Shown here in pieces: positions 18,230-30,702 of a stretch of 64,000 nt of DNA. The stretch lies in assembly GCA_963693365.1 (NCBI GenBank), contig CAVNZM010000014.1, positions 5,270,001-5,334,000 of the forward strand, given 5' to 3'. Each line of letters begins with the position of its first letter. The first letter of the stretch is position 1. The notes beneath the pieces were generated by a model that ran no database searches, was not told the origin of the DNA, and worked only from the letters and a program-made list of their open reading frames with translations. This DNA comes from Amoebidium appalachense. Taxonomy: Eukaryota > Protista > Ichthyosporea. The translations under genes and the position numbers were made by a program.

Positions 18230-18345
18230 AAAAAAGGCGCGTTTACTGTTTTCAGCCAATCGTAGGCAATCTGTCCGTTTTACGTTAGCCAATCGGAGAT
18301 TGTATTTTTATCACTAACTCACTAGTAAAGCCAATTAAACGCCTA
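18230..18345. promoter_or_regulatory. CCAAT-box cluster in a probable divergent promoter region
   Basis: Three AGCCAAT(C/T) motifs at about 18254, 18287 and 18329, and another at ~17407. They lie in a long microsatellite-free interval between the - strand gene at 17203 and a downstream + strand gene. Confidence 0.5.
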
Positions 18346-20269
18346 GAAAAATAGAACAGATCATTAGTATCAATCATCTTATTAGTCCAAAATCATGTTG
18401 TAATCAGTTGTGGTTTAGTGCAGGGCCGGCTGTCATACCGGTGAAACGCTGGTGGTCAACGCTCTACGTGGTTGGTCGTCTCAGAACACAGCAACTTTGA
18501 TCTCAACGTTGCAATTGTTGTTCCGTGTTGAGCTCGCATGTGGACTGTGCTTCAAAATATATCGTGACAGAGTAGTGGCCATGGGCAAATGGATAGGGCT
18601 ATAGGATGGCAAACATTTGCACTATTTCAAGCCTTGCGACTATCTAGCTAGATAAACGGCAATGGCAATATTGCCGTAGAGTAGTGTGGGCAACTTGCGG
18701 CATGCATGATCACTAGTGAACCTGGGTAACGTAGGGCCCCCTTTCGTCGTGATCGTCTAGATTGAGAAGTATGCAGGAGCATGACAGGTGTTTTTTTTGG
18801 TTAGCGTGACAGGTGTGTGCAGGAAGTACTAGCATGGATGGCTGTGCTGGTAGTGCTGCGTGGCGATGGGCCCAGCGCCATGCGCCTGGCTGAGGGCCTG
18901 TGCCGCCTGAGAGGAGTGCGTTTTCCAAAAGCAGGTTGGTTGCACACAGTTATTCGATGGCACAGCGAAAGGAGATCAGTTGAGTGTAAAAACTGCACCA
19001 ACGAATGCAATTACATGCAATCACAAACGTGCTGCATTGGATAAACGAGTACATTTGTGTGCACGCTGCGTAAACGAGCACAAAGGAATGAAAGAACGTT
19101 CTGCATAGTGGCGAGAGCGTGCATCTTGCACCATCCTTCACCATCATCCTGGCTCGAAAGTTTAATTATGCACATCCGAAGCATGCCGTTGCAGAGTAGA
19201 GTAGAGTGGGAAGCATGGGAACACGAAATGATGACAAACAGCAGAGGCAAAAAGCTAGGAAATGGAGTGGTCAACAGTCGTGCTTCTAATAAAATACTGA
19301 TGTCTACCTTGTACAAAATGCCCCCATTTACTTGATCCCAATAAGAGCAGTGTGGGGAAGCGAGCTTGGAGGGCGGTTGGACGGAGGGAGAGAGAAATGT
19401 GGAGAGAGGAAGCATGAGAAGAGTTTTGGGGGAGGGGGGAGGGGCGGAGGGGGAGGGGGTGGGAATTCAAGCCTGGTCCGAGGACGGAAAACTTAACGAG
19501 TGAACTAAATGTAACACATATATGCAGCGTGCAACTAAAAAATACAACTTCTAATGCATGTTCGTCTTAGAGCCGGTCTTGAGCCTGCCTGTTGCCTGGT
19601 TGCCTGTTAATGCTGTAGGCATGTTTGAGATAAATGAACGTGTGCATAGACAAAACATGCAACCTCGCTTTCAACCTTGTATGTGATAATCGCTACATGT
19701 TGCTTTCTTATGGTGTGAAACAATCATCTCTTTGAGAGTATACAACCCTGCTGATAATAAAATGTGATAATGCAAAAGCAGTCGAGTCTTGCCCTGCCTA
19801 GCAGCGTATAGCCTGCGTGGGCCCGTGGGCTTTGCCCCCCCCCCCCCCCCCCCCCCCCTTTCTCCCTCCACTCCCTCCCTCCACCCTCCGTCCCTCCCCC
19901 CCCCCCCCTCTCCCTCCCCCCTCCCTCCCTCTCTCTCTCCCTGACTGCCTCCCTTCCCTCCCTTCCTCCCTCCCTCTCTCATCCTTCTCCCCAATGACTC
20001 ATTCACTCCCCCTCCGGCCCCTCGCCCCCCACCGGCATGCCTTCTCTCTAACCCTACTTCCCCCCTCCCCTCCCCCTCCCCCCTCCTTCCCCCTTTCATG
20101 CGCAAGGGCTCACCCTATTTTCATCCCAACAGACCTTGCCCCCCCCCCCCCCCCCCCCCCCCCTCCCCCCCTCCCCGCCTTTTTTTCGTTCGCACACCTC
20201 CATATTTCCTCGTGCGGTCGAACGGGATATGATACCCCCCCCCTCCACCTATCACATTCTGGCACTTAG

Positions 20270-20617
20270 AGGTTGCGACAAGCTGTTGCATTCACTAGCT
20301 TGCTCTCCCCTTGGGTATTTTCTGCAAATCCCCCCTTTCTGCAAATCCCCCTCCCTCCTCCCATCCCTTTCCCCACCTTCCCCCCCCCCCCCCCTCCCCC
20401 CCTCCCCCCTTTGTCCCTCTCCTCCCCCTTCCTCCCCCCCCCCCCCCCCCCTCTCCGGCGGTCCCTGTCCCTCCCTGTCCTTCCCTTGACATTTTCTCCG
20501 GCTTTCTCGTCCCCTCCTTACCCCCTCACGGTTTCTTTTAAAGTCTTACATATTCTTGCTGGCCCACAGAGGCGACCAGTGCGGCATGGGCCAAAACGTA
20601 TGACCAAAGTCTTGTGC

Positions 20618-20653
<36 letters not shown>

Positions 20654-20831
20654 AAAAAAAGGAAAAAAAAAAACCCTGCCCCCTCCCCCCCCCCCCCCCC
20701 CCTCCCCCCACCTCTACCCCGTAATCCTCCCTTTTCCAGCCAATCCCTCCCCCCCCCCCCCCCCCCCCCCCCCCCACCCACCCCACACTTCCCTCCCCTC
20801 CCAGCCCTTCCCCCACAATTTCAGTACCCCC

Positions 20832-20872
<41 letters not shown>

Positions 20873-21803
20873 TCCCCGCCCCCCTCCCCCTCCTACTCCT
20901 CCCCTTTAATTTCTTTGGCATTACCATCCCTTTGTCTTGCAAGTTCGCTGTACCTAAATTGTCACCAGTAATCCATCGCCCTGGCTTTTGTGGATCGGAA
21001 GACACGGTGAATGGGGAAACGGGGAAGAATCGAAGTTTGGAAGGGAAGGAAAGCGGAACGGAAGAAAGGCCTAAACGTGATGTTAATGAAATGAAAGGGT
21101 GGTGTTGTTGGTGTGTGTGTAGGGGGGGTTGAGGGAGGAAGGGAGGGCGGGGAAGGGGGAGAGGGAGGGAGGGAGGGAGCGGTGCAAGGGGCAGGGAGGG
21201 GGGCGGGGGGTAGGGGTGGTGGTGGTGGTGGTGGGGGCGGGGTTGGGTGGTGTGGTGTGTGTGTGAGTGTGTGTGTGGGGTGTCACGGTGCGTGTGTGGG
21301 GGGGGAGGGGGGGGGAGGGAGGGAGGGGGGGGGGGGGGGGAGGGGGGAGGGGGGGGTAGGTTTTCTTGTGTGTATGGTTGTTTGTATGCGTGTGTGGTGC
21401 TGCTGGTGGTGGTGGTGTGTATGTGTGTGTGTGGGGGGGGGAGGTGGGGGGGGGGGGGGGGGGGGGGGAGAGGCAGGAGGCTGTGATGCATTCACCACAT
21501 CTCAATTTTCGGATTTTTTCACTTACAGGGGATCGAGGTGCATGTTGTGGATTATTCCGGAAACCCTAACCAAAACCCGATGCATTCTTCCGAAAATGAA
21601 GTGGAAACCCGTTTGCTGCAACTTCTACAGAACAGGAATTCGCATTCAAATTTACGGATACTTAATGTGTTGGTTATGGAACCCCATAACCCTACACCAT
21701 ACGTAGCCGTGAAAACGGTGGGGGGTAAAGTAGAACGAAAACCGTGTGTTGGATTTTCAATGTTGGGTTCCGTGCAAAGTATGAAAGCGGACGTAGTGGT
21801 AAG

Positions 21804-21838
<35 letters not shown>

Positions 21839-22158
21839 CCCCCGTCCCCTCACCTCCCCCGTTCACACTCCCCCCCTGTCTCCTCCGCCACCCCTCCCCC
21901 TGCTCCCCCCTCCCCCTTCCCCACTCGCCTGTCTCCCCCCGCTCCTTGTCCTCACTCCCCCTCTTCCCTCTCCCGTCCCCTTGCCCACTCCCCTACCCTC
22001 CTCCACTCTACCACACCACCCTCCCTTCCCCGCCCCCCAACGTGCCTATTGCTGTTGAAGCAGAGGATGGGTTTAAAATTACATGGACAGAGTCTAAGGA
22101 AATGAGTCGATTTATTCTGTGGAGGCATAGGAGTCCCCCATTGGTGGACCGTTTTTAA
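20270..22158 (+). CDS. Multi-exon hypothetical protein gene (5' exons probably extend to about 18.8 kb)
   Basis: Phase-compatible exons 20270-20314, 20570-20597, 20969-21006 and 21529-21798 (GIEVHVVDYSGNPNQ...MKADVV|GTAAGT). The last exon near 22060 has an ambiguous frame (stop at 22105 or 22158). Confidence 0.55.
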
Positions 22159-22560
22159 AATGTCCTTTTCGTGGGCATTTGTTTTGGTTTCCGGTTTCTG
22201 TTTGATTTCCTTTTTTGTCTTTTTCTTTTTCGTCTTCTTCTTCTTATTCTTCTTATTCTTCTTCTTCTTCTTCTTCTTCTTTTTTTTTTTTTTTTGGTGT
22301 GTGTGTGTGTGGGGGGGGGGGGGGGGAGGGGGGGGGGGGGGAGAGGGGGGGGGGGGGGGGGGGGGGGGGGGTTCTGCAAGCCCGAGCACATGCCAGACGC
22401 TCACTTCTCGCCATCCTCCCCCCCTTGCCCCGAACCCAATCCTGTTTACCTGTCTCGCCAGCCCCCTCCCCCCCCCCCCCCCCCCAAAAAAAAAAAAAAA
22501 AAAAAAAAAAACAAAAAACAAAAAAACAAAACAAAACAGCTTGACACCCACGATAACCTC

Positions 22561-22660
22561 CTAGTACGTCTCAATAAGGTCTTGGAGCCTCTCCACTTGA
22601 AACTTCTGCCCCGGGAGCTTCGTTCCCAGCGCCACGTACCTTTTTCGGTTAATTTTCTAT

Positions 22661-22703
<43 letters not shown>

Positions 22704-23878
22704 ACATCCTCTCCCTCCTCGCCCAATCTTTATCCCCCTCCTTCCCCCCCCCCCCCTCCCTCCCCCCCCTTCCCCACCTCTTCGCCCTTTTTCGATACCA
22801 TTTTTTCTTTTTGGGTGCATTGTCCGAGACCCATACATCTCCTCTTTGCTCCTTAACTAGTCAAGACAATGATAAGAGAAGGCCCCCTAAAGGAAAGGGG
22901 TGGTGGTGGTGGTGGTGGTGGGTTGGGGGGGGGGGGGGGGGGGGGGGAGGGGGGGGGGGGGGGGGGGAGGACTTGATATCTCTACATCACGTTCGAGAAA
23001 GTATCACATTCCAGCTCACATTCCAGCACTTCTGATTGGATGGTGGTTGCCATGCCAACAGAAGGACACCAATGAGCCGCTCCCATTTGCCTTCTATCCA
23101 AACCTGTGGGCGGAAGAACCGTCGCTGTTGAATCTTGTTACCACCATTTTGATGAACGAGTATATCCCCCCCCCCCCCCCCCCCCCCCCACGAAACACAC
23201 ACACCCTCCTCCCCCCCCTTTCTCCCTCGCTCTCTCCCTTCACATCCTCCCCCCCCCCCCCCCCCGTCTCCCTCACTCCTTCCCTTCACACTCTCCACTC
23301 CCCCCCCCCCCCTCCCCCCCCCCCCCCCCTTCCCCATATTGGTCTCTCTTCAAGTGTCTTCTGCCTGCACGTTTTCTATCTGTTCCATTTTACGCTTCGA
23401 CTTCGGGGTTTGTTTTTGTGACGTTTTGTGTTCCTTTGGTGCCTCCTTCATATCTCCAACCCTCTAATGCACACATACCCCCCCCCCCTCCCCCCCCTCC
23501 CCCCCCCCCCCCCCCCCTCCCCCTTCTCTTCTCCCCCTCCCTACCCCTTCCCTTCCACCCTTACCTCTTCACTAGTTGCTGTCTTATCTCGCCCGGCTAC
23601 TTTGTTTCAGTTTGCGTAATTGTTTCAGACATGTCTGTTTTGTTTGCGTCGACTAATGCATCTCAATCCCCTCCCCCCCCCCCCCCCCCTCTCCCTCCGC
23701 CCCAATCTCACCCATCCCCTCCCCCCCCTCCCCCCCCCCCCCCCCCCCCCCCCGGAACCCCCCTGATGATGGGCCCTGTTCAAGTGTCTTCTGCCTGCAC
23801 ACTGCTCATTTTTGTGACGTTTTTGCTTTTGCTCTTTGTTGTCTCCTCCATATTTCCAACCCTCTAACGCATACATCC

Positions 23879-23935
<57 letters not shown>

Positions 23936-24231
23936 ACACACACAACAGGGTAGTGTACACGACCGAGAAAGGTCGAGGCACCCAAGGGGCCAGTCTTGTG
24001 CAAAAATCACGTTACATTCGATTGGAGGGCAGGGAGGCATGCGGAGTCACTTTCAAGTAACAAAATCCCCCCCCCCCCCCCCCGCCCTCCCCCCCCCCCC
24101 CCCCTCCCCCCCCTCCCCCCTCCCTCCCCCCCCTCCCTCCCCCCCTTTCCCTCCTTAAAACGAACGGAGCGTGGGTAGGGAACCACACGTGAGAGGTTAT
24201 ATAGTCGAAACCCATTCTTTTGTGGAGGCAT
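22561..24231 (-). CDS. Multi-exon hypothetical protein gene, convergent with the previous gene
   Basis: Phase-compatible exons 23103-23020, 22851-22799 and 22639-22561 give VWIEGKWERLIGVLLLAWQPPSNQKCWNEQRGDVWVSDNAPKKKKWYVALGTKLPGQKFQVERLQDLIETY*. The 5' exons and the ATG at 24231 are tentative. Confidence 0.55.
23350..23877 (+). repeat. Short dispersed repeat (~130 bp), two copies here; others at about 24905-25284, 32535-32710 and 33790-33906, with fragments at about 26100, 26445, 38860 and 53130
   Basis: Shared blocks gatgggc(c/t)ctgt(t)caagtgtcttctgcctgcac, ttttgtgacgtttt and cctccatatttccaaccctctaatgcacacat. Confidence 0.75.
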
Positions 24232-24334
24232 ACACGTTGGTTTATATGCGGCTCATTTTAGCAACGGTATGCTGTCCGCGATGCAGCCGGCGGAAGACTG
24301 TCTTTCACAGAAAATGTGATATAGATTATCTTGA

Positions 24335-24545
24335 TTGTTAGCCAATCAGGTGAATTGCGTACACATTGTGAGCCTCGTGAGGTGATATCAGTTAGAGTTG
24401 CTGATTGGCCACGCACTCTAAATGATCTGACTCAACCAATCACAGTACAACCGGCAACAGGCCCTTTTTGCTTATGTTTTTGAAAGGCTAAATAAAAGGT
24501 AACTTTAGTAAAGGTTCAGTTTTTCAGCTTCTTGAGCCAATAGAA
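24335..24545. promoter_or_regulatory. CCAAT-box cluster, probable divergent promoter
   Basis: agccaatca (~24340), tgattggc (~24402), aaccaatca (~24434) and agccaatag (~24535) lie between the - gene start (~24231) and the + gene starting downstream. Confidence 0.5.
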
Positions 24546-24978
24546 ATGTCCCGTAAAAAATATAACGGACTTTAAATAGAACCAAGTCATTTGGTCATAG
24601 AAAATTTGTTGATTTCGCTAGAATTGACGAATTGATTTCCTTACCATCTATGTATATATCTTCAATGTGTGTGTTATTGAAAGTAGAAAAAAACTATAAT
24701 TCTATTAGGAAAACAGAATTATTCTATGACCATTATAATAAATACATATATATATATATATATATTAGCTCTTGAAACCTCCAATATAGTGTTTTTGTAG
24801 CAAACTATTCCAGAACAGCACCAAGAGTATACCCCCTTTTGATAGCGGGAGCACGTGTCCGTTTGCTAAGATCAGTGATTAATTAGCCAACGTGATCCAT
24901 AGGAACCCTCCTGATGATGGGCTCTGTTCAAGTGTTTTCAACCTGCACGTTGTTTAAAAATATTTTGGTTCCACTTAA

Positions 24979-25190
24979 GGAGCAAGAGTTCAAAACAGAC
25001 TACGTACCCGATCTGACTAGCAAAATTTAGCCGCCGCCGGCTAAGATTGCTATGGTATGTGACGTTTACCGATTTCTTAATGAACATGGTAGCAAATCGG
25101 TGTGACGTTATATACCATGGCAATCTTAGCCGCCGGCGGCTAAATTTTTCTAGTCTAACGTATTACGTAGTCTGCTTGAACCCTTAGTCC
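24979..25190. mobile_element. Palindromic MITE with TTAA target duplication (Kolobok-like termini GG..CC)
   Basis: TTAA at 24975-24978 and 25191-25194. The two arms are imperfect reverse complements over ~95 bp. The flanks rejoin into the host repeat, which is uninterrupted at ~23370-23420. Confidence 0.85.
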
Positions 25191-25558
25191 TTAATGGTTC
25201 AACTTGAGGTTTTCATTTTTGTGACGTTTGATATTCTGTCCTTTGGTGTCTCCTCCATATTTCCAACCCTCTAATGCACACATCCAGCCCCCCCCCCCCC
25301 CCCCCCCCCCCCCCTCCCCCCCCCCCCCCCCCTTCCCCCTCCATCCCGTGTCACGCACCTTTAGGCGCGCTAACCACTCGGCATCCGTTTTGAAATTCTC
25401 GTTCCTTTAATGCATGTATATTTCGGATGCAAGGTGGAAAGGAGAGGGGGAGAGAGGAGAGGAGCGGAAGGGGAGTAAGAGGGGGGAAAGGGGACTTGGG
25501 GACGAGGGGGGAAAAGGGAGGAGGATGGATGGGGTATGGGGTGTGTCTGTGCGTGTGT

Positions 25559-25589
<31 letters not shown>

Positions 25590-25819
25590 GGGGGGGGAGG
25601 GGGGGGGATGGGGGGGGGATGAGTGGTTAGTGAAGACAAAGCCTTTGCAGGGTTACAATTATAAATCTTGAATGCATTAAGTTGCTTGCACCATGTTGAT
25701 ATACCCAATGTTGATATACCCTTGTTTGGATATACCACAGGGGTCAGGCATATCATCCCGAGGAATTTTCGTTTCTTTCCGACCTGCTGGTGGCCATGGG
25801 TCAGGAGGCAACGGTAAAG

Positions 25820-25866
<47 letters not shown>

Positions 25867-26123
25867 TTCCCCCCCCCCCTGAAAATTATGTGAAATAAAA
25901 ATAAAAAATAAAAAGAAAAGAAAAAAGGGAGAAGAAAAGAAAAAAAAAAGGGAAAAAAAAAAAAAAAAGGAAAATGGCAGTAGCACTGTCGTCGTATGGA
26001 GGCATAGGCATTCCCCCTTCCAAATTGCTTTGTTTCAAGTAAGTTCGCCTGAAAAATTATTTTTATTCTGTATTTTTTTTTTGTTTTTGTTTCTGTGTGT
26101 TCCATGTTTGTCACCCTCCAATA

Positions 26124-26155
<32 letters not shown>

Positions 26156-26650
26156 CCCCCCTCCCCCCCTCCCCCTTGCCTCCCCCGGGCCCCTCCCTCT
26201 CCTCTCCTCTATCCCGATTAGTGCCTACACCCGGGTCCTCCCGGCGGACCATTTTCCAAACATCTGTATTGGTTTAAACATACCCACGTACCTACCACGT
26301 GATTTAAACCTCGTTTCTGACACCAATGCTTTTGTGCACCTTCATGAACCGGTCACATAGACTCATACCCCCCCCCCCCCCCCCCCCCCCCCCAACGCGA
26401 GGGGAATAGGTCGAAACTCGGGTACTGTGGATGACGTGGGGCCCCCCTGAGGATGGGCTCTGCTTATTATGCATACTCTTTATGTATGGCTTGCATTCTG
26501 CATCGTGTTATCCGTTTGTTCTTGTGTACTTCGTACTTTTTGACGCATTCAAAACCCCCCCCCAACGCGCACCTCTTCCCCCCTCCCTTCCCCTTCTCTT
26601 GGTACCCAATGACCCGCCCTCGCCTGTCCTCACATTCCAATGACCCTTGC

Positions 26651-26770
<120 letters not shown>

Positions 26771-26930
26771 AAATAAAAATAAAAATAAAAAACGCAAAAA
26801 AAAAAAGGCCATACCGGATTTTGGCTACGGCATATCATACAACAGTGTGCAATACAGTGCATTCCCCCCGGCCAGCCTCGAAGAGATTGCAAGCGCAAGG
26901 GACCCTAAAAACCTGGTGTGGGTATCCCCT

Positions 26931-26999
<69 letters not shown>

Positions 27000-27302
27000 A
27001 AAGGAAAGACAGAAAAGAAAAGAAAACAAAAAAGAGATCAGAACAAAAAATTTCCTCTTAAGTGTAATTCACGGCCGGTCGATGACGATGAAAATGAGCG
27101 CAGTGGTTGGTGTTTACCATGCATGGGATGTCTATTTCTAATAAACTGATGTACAAGGAAAAGTGCATGCATGTCATTGAAAGTCTACACAAGTACGCTG
27201 AAGCATAGACACGATTCTACGCGTTAAAACATAGATACAATAGTTCTGTTTATCTATTTAGGTGATCAACTCTAACTGTTCTGATTGGATGATTGTATGC
27301 AG

Positions 27303-29086
27303 GCAGGAGGGGTATGGGCGGCATCAAGACGACGAGGGATATTTGCGCCACCACACAGAGGATGCAGAGGGGTGGGTGTGCTCTCTCTCTCTGCCTCTCT
27401 CCTCTCCCTTCCTCCCTCCCTCCATCCCCCCCTCCCTCCCTCCCTCCCTCCCTTCCTGCCTGCCTCCCTGCCCCCCTCCCTCCCTCCCTCCCTCCCTCCC
27501 TCCCTCCCTCCCTGCCTCCCTCCCTCCCTTCCCTCCCCCCCCCCCCCCCCCTCCTCCCTCCCTCCCTCCCTCCCTCCCTCCCTCCCTCCCTCCCTCCCTC
27601 CCTCCCTCCCTCCCTCCCTCCCTCCCTCCCTCCCTCCCGGCATCATGGCCTCCCTGCTTCCCTCCCATCCTCCCTCCCCCCTCCCTCGGTTGCCTCCCTC
27701 CCCCTCTTCCTCAATCCCCCGGTGCTCCTTCAACTTTTTGGTTCCAGGTTCCAGCTTTCTGTCTGGCATCCCCGGGCATACGAGCAAAACGACTGTGGTG
27801 CTGCGTTTTCGTTACCTGTACCGTGTTGTGTTATCTTAGGTGTACGGTGTTATGTGGTTCACCGATCTGGTTTTTGATTGGTGCGGCTGGATGGCATTCC
27901 TGTCCCACAATCACGGCTACGAAATTGCTTTGGTATAAAAGCAATTCGGTAGGTCAGTTCATCTGGGGAATGATTGCCGGTAATGGCGATCTGGCACAAT
28001 AAATGGTTGCGCCTTTCAATGACGTACACCAGCCCGCCACATAGTAACAGTAAGCCAAGCTCCCAAAAGAGCGACCGCGAGCCGGACACGACAAGCTACA
28101 CCCCCGCTGGGTCTTTCGTGCCCATGGAGTCGAGTCAGGAGACTCTAGCTTGTCCTTTGCGGGAGGGGATTGTTATGTGGTTCACCGATCTGGTTTTTGA
28201 TTGGTGCGGCTGGATGGCATTCCTGTCCCACAATCACGGCTACGAAATTGCTTTGGTATAAAAGCAATTCGGTAGGTCAGTTCATCTGGGGAATGATTGC
28301 CGGTAATGGCGATCTGGCACAATAAATGGTTGCGCCTTTCAATGACGTACACCAGCCCGCCACATAGTAACAGTAAGCCAAGCTCCCAAAAGAGCGACCG
28401 CGAGCCGGACACGACATACGGTGAGGTGTTTCATCAAAGTGTACGGTGTTGTGTTTTCGTCATCTCTGCCTCGCTGTGTTTTCTTTCACTGTACGGTGAG
28501 TTGTGTACAGATGCGAACATTGGACAGGCACTAAGTCGGTTTCTCCCGCAGCTGTGGTGGGAGCATTCCTATTGAATCATAGCCATGCCCAGTTAAATTG
28601 TCTTTCTTTCCGCATGTGGGGCAGGCCGATTTATGTTTTGTTCCTGTTCAAGACATCATGAATTCAGTGTTAGATTCATTCTGGTGGTACTATTTTTATC
28701 CCCAGGCGGCCTCTTTCGACAACTGAGATAAAGTCATCCATCACGGCGTTCACCTTTAACTTCTACAGTATTCCGGAGGAGGACGGTGGCTGGGAGGTAA
28801 GGTTTATTTTCTTGCTGTTGGGACACGGGAAGGTGTGGCTTCTTTAAGGAGCAAGCTATGCTAAATCCGATTTGGCAAGCATGCACGCTTGAACGTGTAG
28901 CTTACATGCACACACACATGCGCGCGCGCACACACACACACACACATAAACATGCACACACACACACACGTGTATGCACATCTGTACACACACACAGACA
29001 GATGCGCATGTGCACATACACACCAACACACAAATGCACACATGCACACCCGCACACACACACACACACACACATACACAGACACA

Positions 29087-29131
<45 letters not shown>

Positions 29132-29153
29132 ACACACACACACGCGTCCGCGT

Positions 29154-29198
<45 letters not shown>

Positions 29199-29450
29199 TT
29201 AGCTCATTCACTCCCTCGCTCACTCACCTATACGTGTGCACGCACACACACACACACACATCTCTACGTGCACGTACGTACATGCACATGCACAGGCATA
29301 CCAGCAGCAAATCGAGAATTACAACCCAGCCTCAGACTCAGAGCCCCACCCTTCCCTCCTCCCCCAACACACACACACTCTCTCTTCCCCCTGGCCCCTC
29401 TCTCCTCCACCCCCCCTCCCCCCCCTCTCCCTTCCTCCCTACCGACACAT

Positions 29451-29532
<82 letters not shown>

Positions 29533-29935
29533 CACACACACACGCACACACACACATACACCCCCCCCCCCTCCCCCCCCCCCCCCCCCCGCCCCATCAC
29601 ACACACACACATTCTCCCTTCCTCCATTCCCACCCCTACCCACCCCCTTCCGTTCCCCCCTCCCCCCTCCCTCCGCCCTTCCCCCTACTCCCCCCCCTCC
29701 ACACACACACACGTACAGGTTCTCATCATGCCAGCCGATGACTCCCCCTCTTTCCGTCCGTGCCTCTCCATTCCCCAACTTCACGGTAGCGGATATTTTC
29801 AAGCTCCGGGCTCCCAGTCCCACTTCTTCCACGGCTCAAGGGGACCCCTTCTGAGTGGGGTTCGAATTATTGTGGTGCTAAGATTGGTGGTTCCGGGGTT
29901 TTACTTGTGTAGCGGTGGTGAAAACTGTAAGAACG

Positions 29936-29967
<32 letters not shown>

Positions 29968-30668
29968 AGCCACCTTCTTTTTCTGCACATTTGCTTGGTT
30001 TCTTAACTTTCATTTTCCTTTCCTTTCTTTGCTTTTCTTACCACCCAGAAAAAAAAATAAAGAAAAAGAAAAAGAAAGAAAAGCAATTAAAATGGGAGGA
30101 GAGGGGCAAAGAGGGGGGAGGGGGGGAGGGGGGGGGGGGGGGGGGAGGTAGACAAGCTAGCTGGAGTCGGTGTGGCTTATGCGCCTGTGCCTGCCAGCAT
30201 GTGACTTGCTTGCAAGACAGACACTTTCGTCGCCAGCACCTCTATGCAGATAAAAGCCAGCTTACAACCCCCCTCCCTCCCCGCCCCCTCCCCCCCCCCC
30301 CCCCCCTTTCCCCCCCATCCCGCCTCTCCCCTCCCCCCACCCTCCCCTCGTTACTGTTGATGACTTGGGCCCTCCGGAGGATGGGGCCTACTAACGGTGC
30401 ATACATGTAGTGTACATGTGCCCTATATTGCAAAGTGTATATTGGGTTATCAGTCTTGAATGTGTACCTGATACTTTATATAGCATTCTAAACTCCTCCC
30501 CCCCCCCCCCTCCCCCCCTTCTACCGCCCTCCCCCTCCCCCCCCCCCCCCCCCTCCTCTTTCCGTTCCACCAGCCACCCCCCTGCTCGTATCCGACAGTA
30601 TGTTTCGGACCACTCTGTCTGCCTCCGGCCGTGTGCTCTACCCAAAACTCGTCACCCTGGCAGCGTAC

Positions 30669-30702
<34 letters not shown>

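Noticed and set aside
21529-22158. RAP-domain call for the C-terminus of the 20-22 kb gene
   Set aside because: Only a vague resemblance, and it depends on an unresolved last-exon frame.
27848-28416. Simple tandem duplication or assembly duplication, with twin 76-aa ORFs
   Set aside because: TG..CA ends, a unique internal segment with a PPT and a 5-bp TSD identify an LTR element. The ORFs are incidental.
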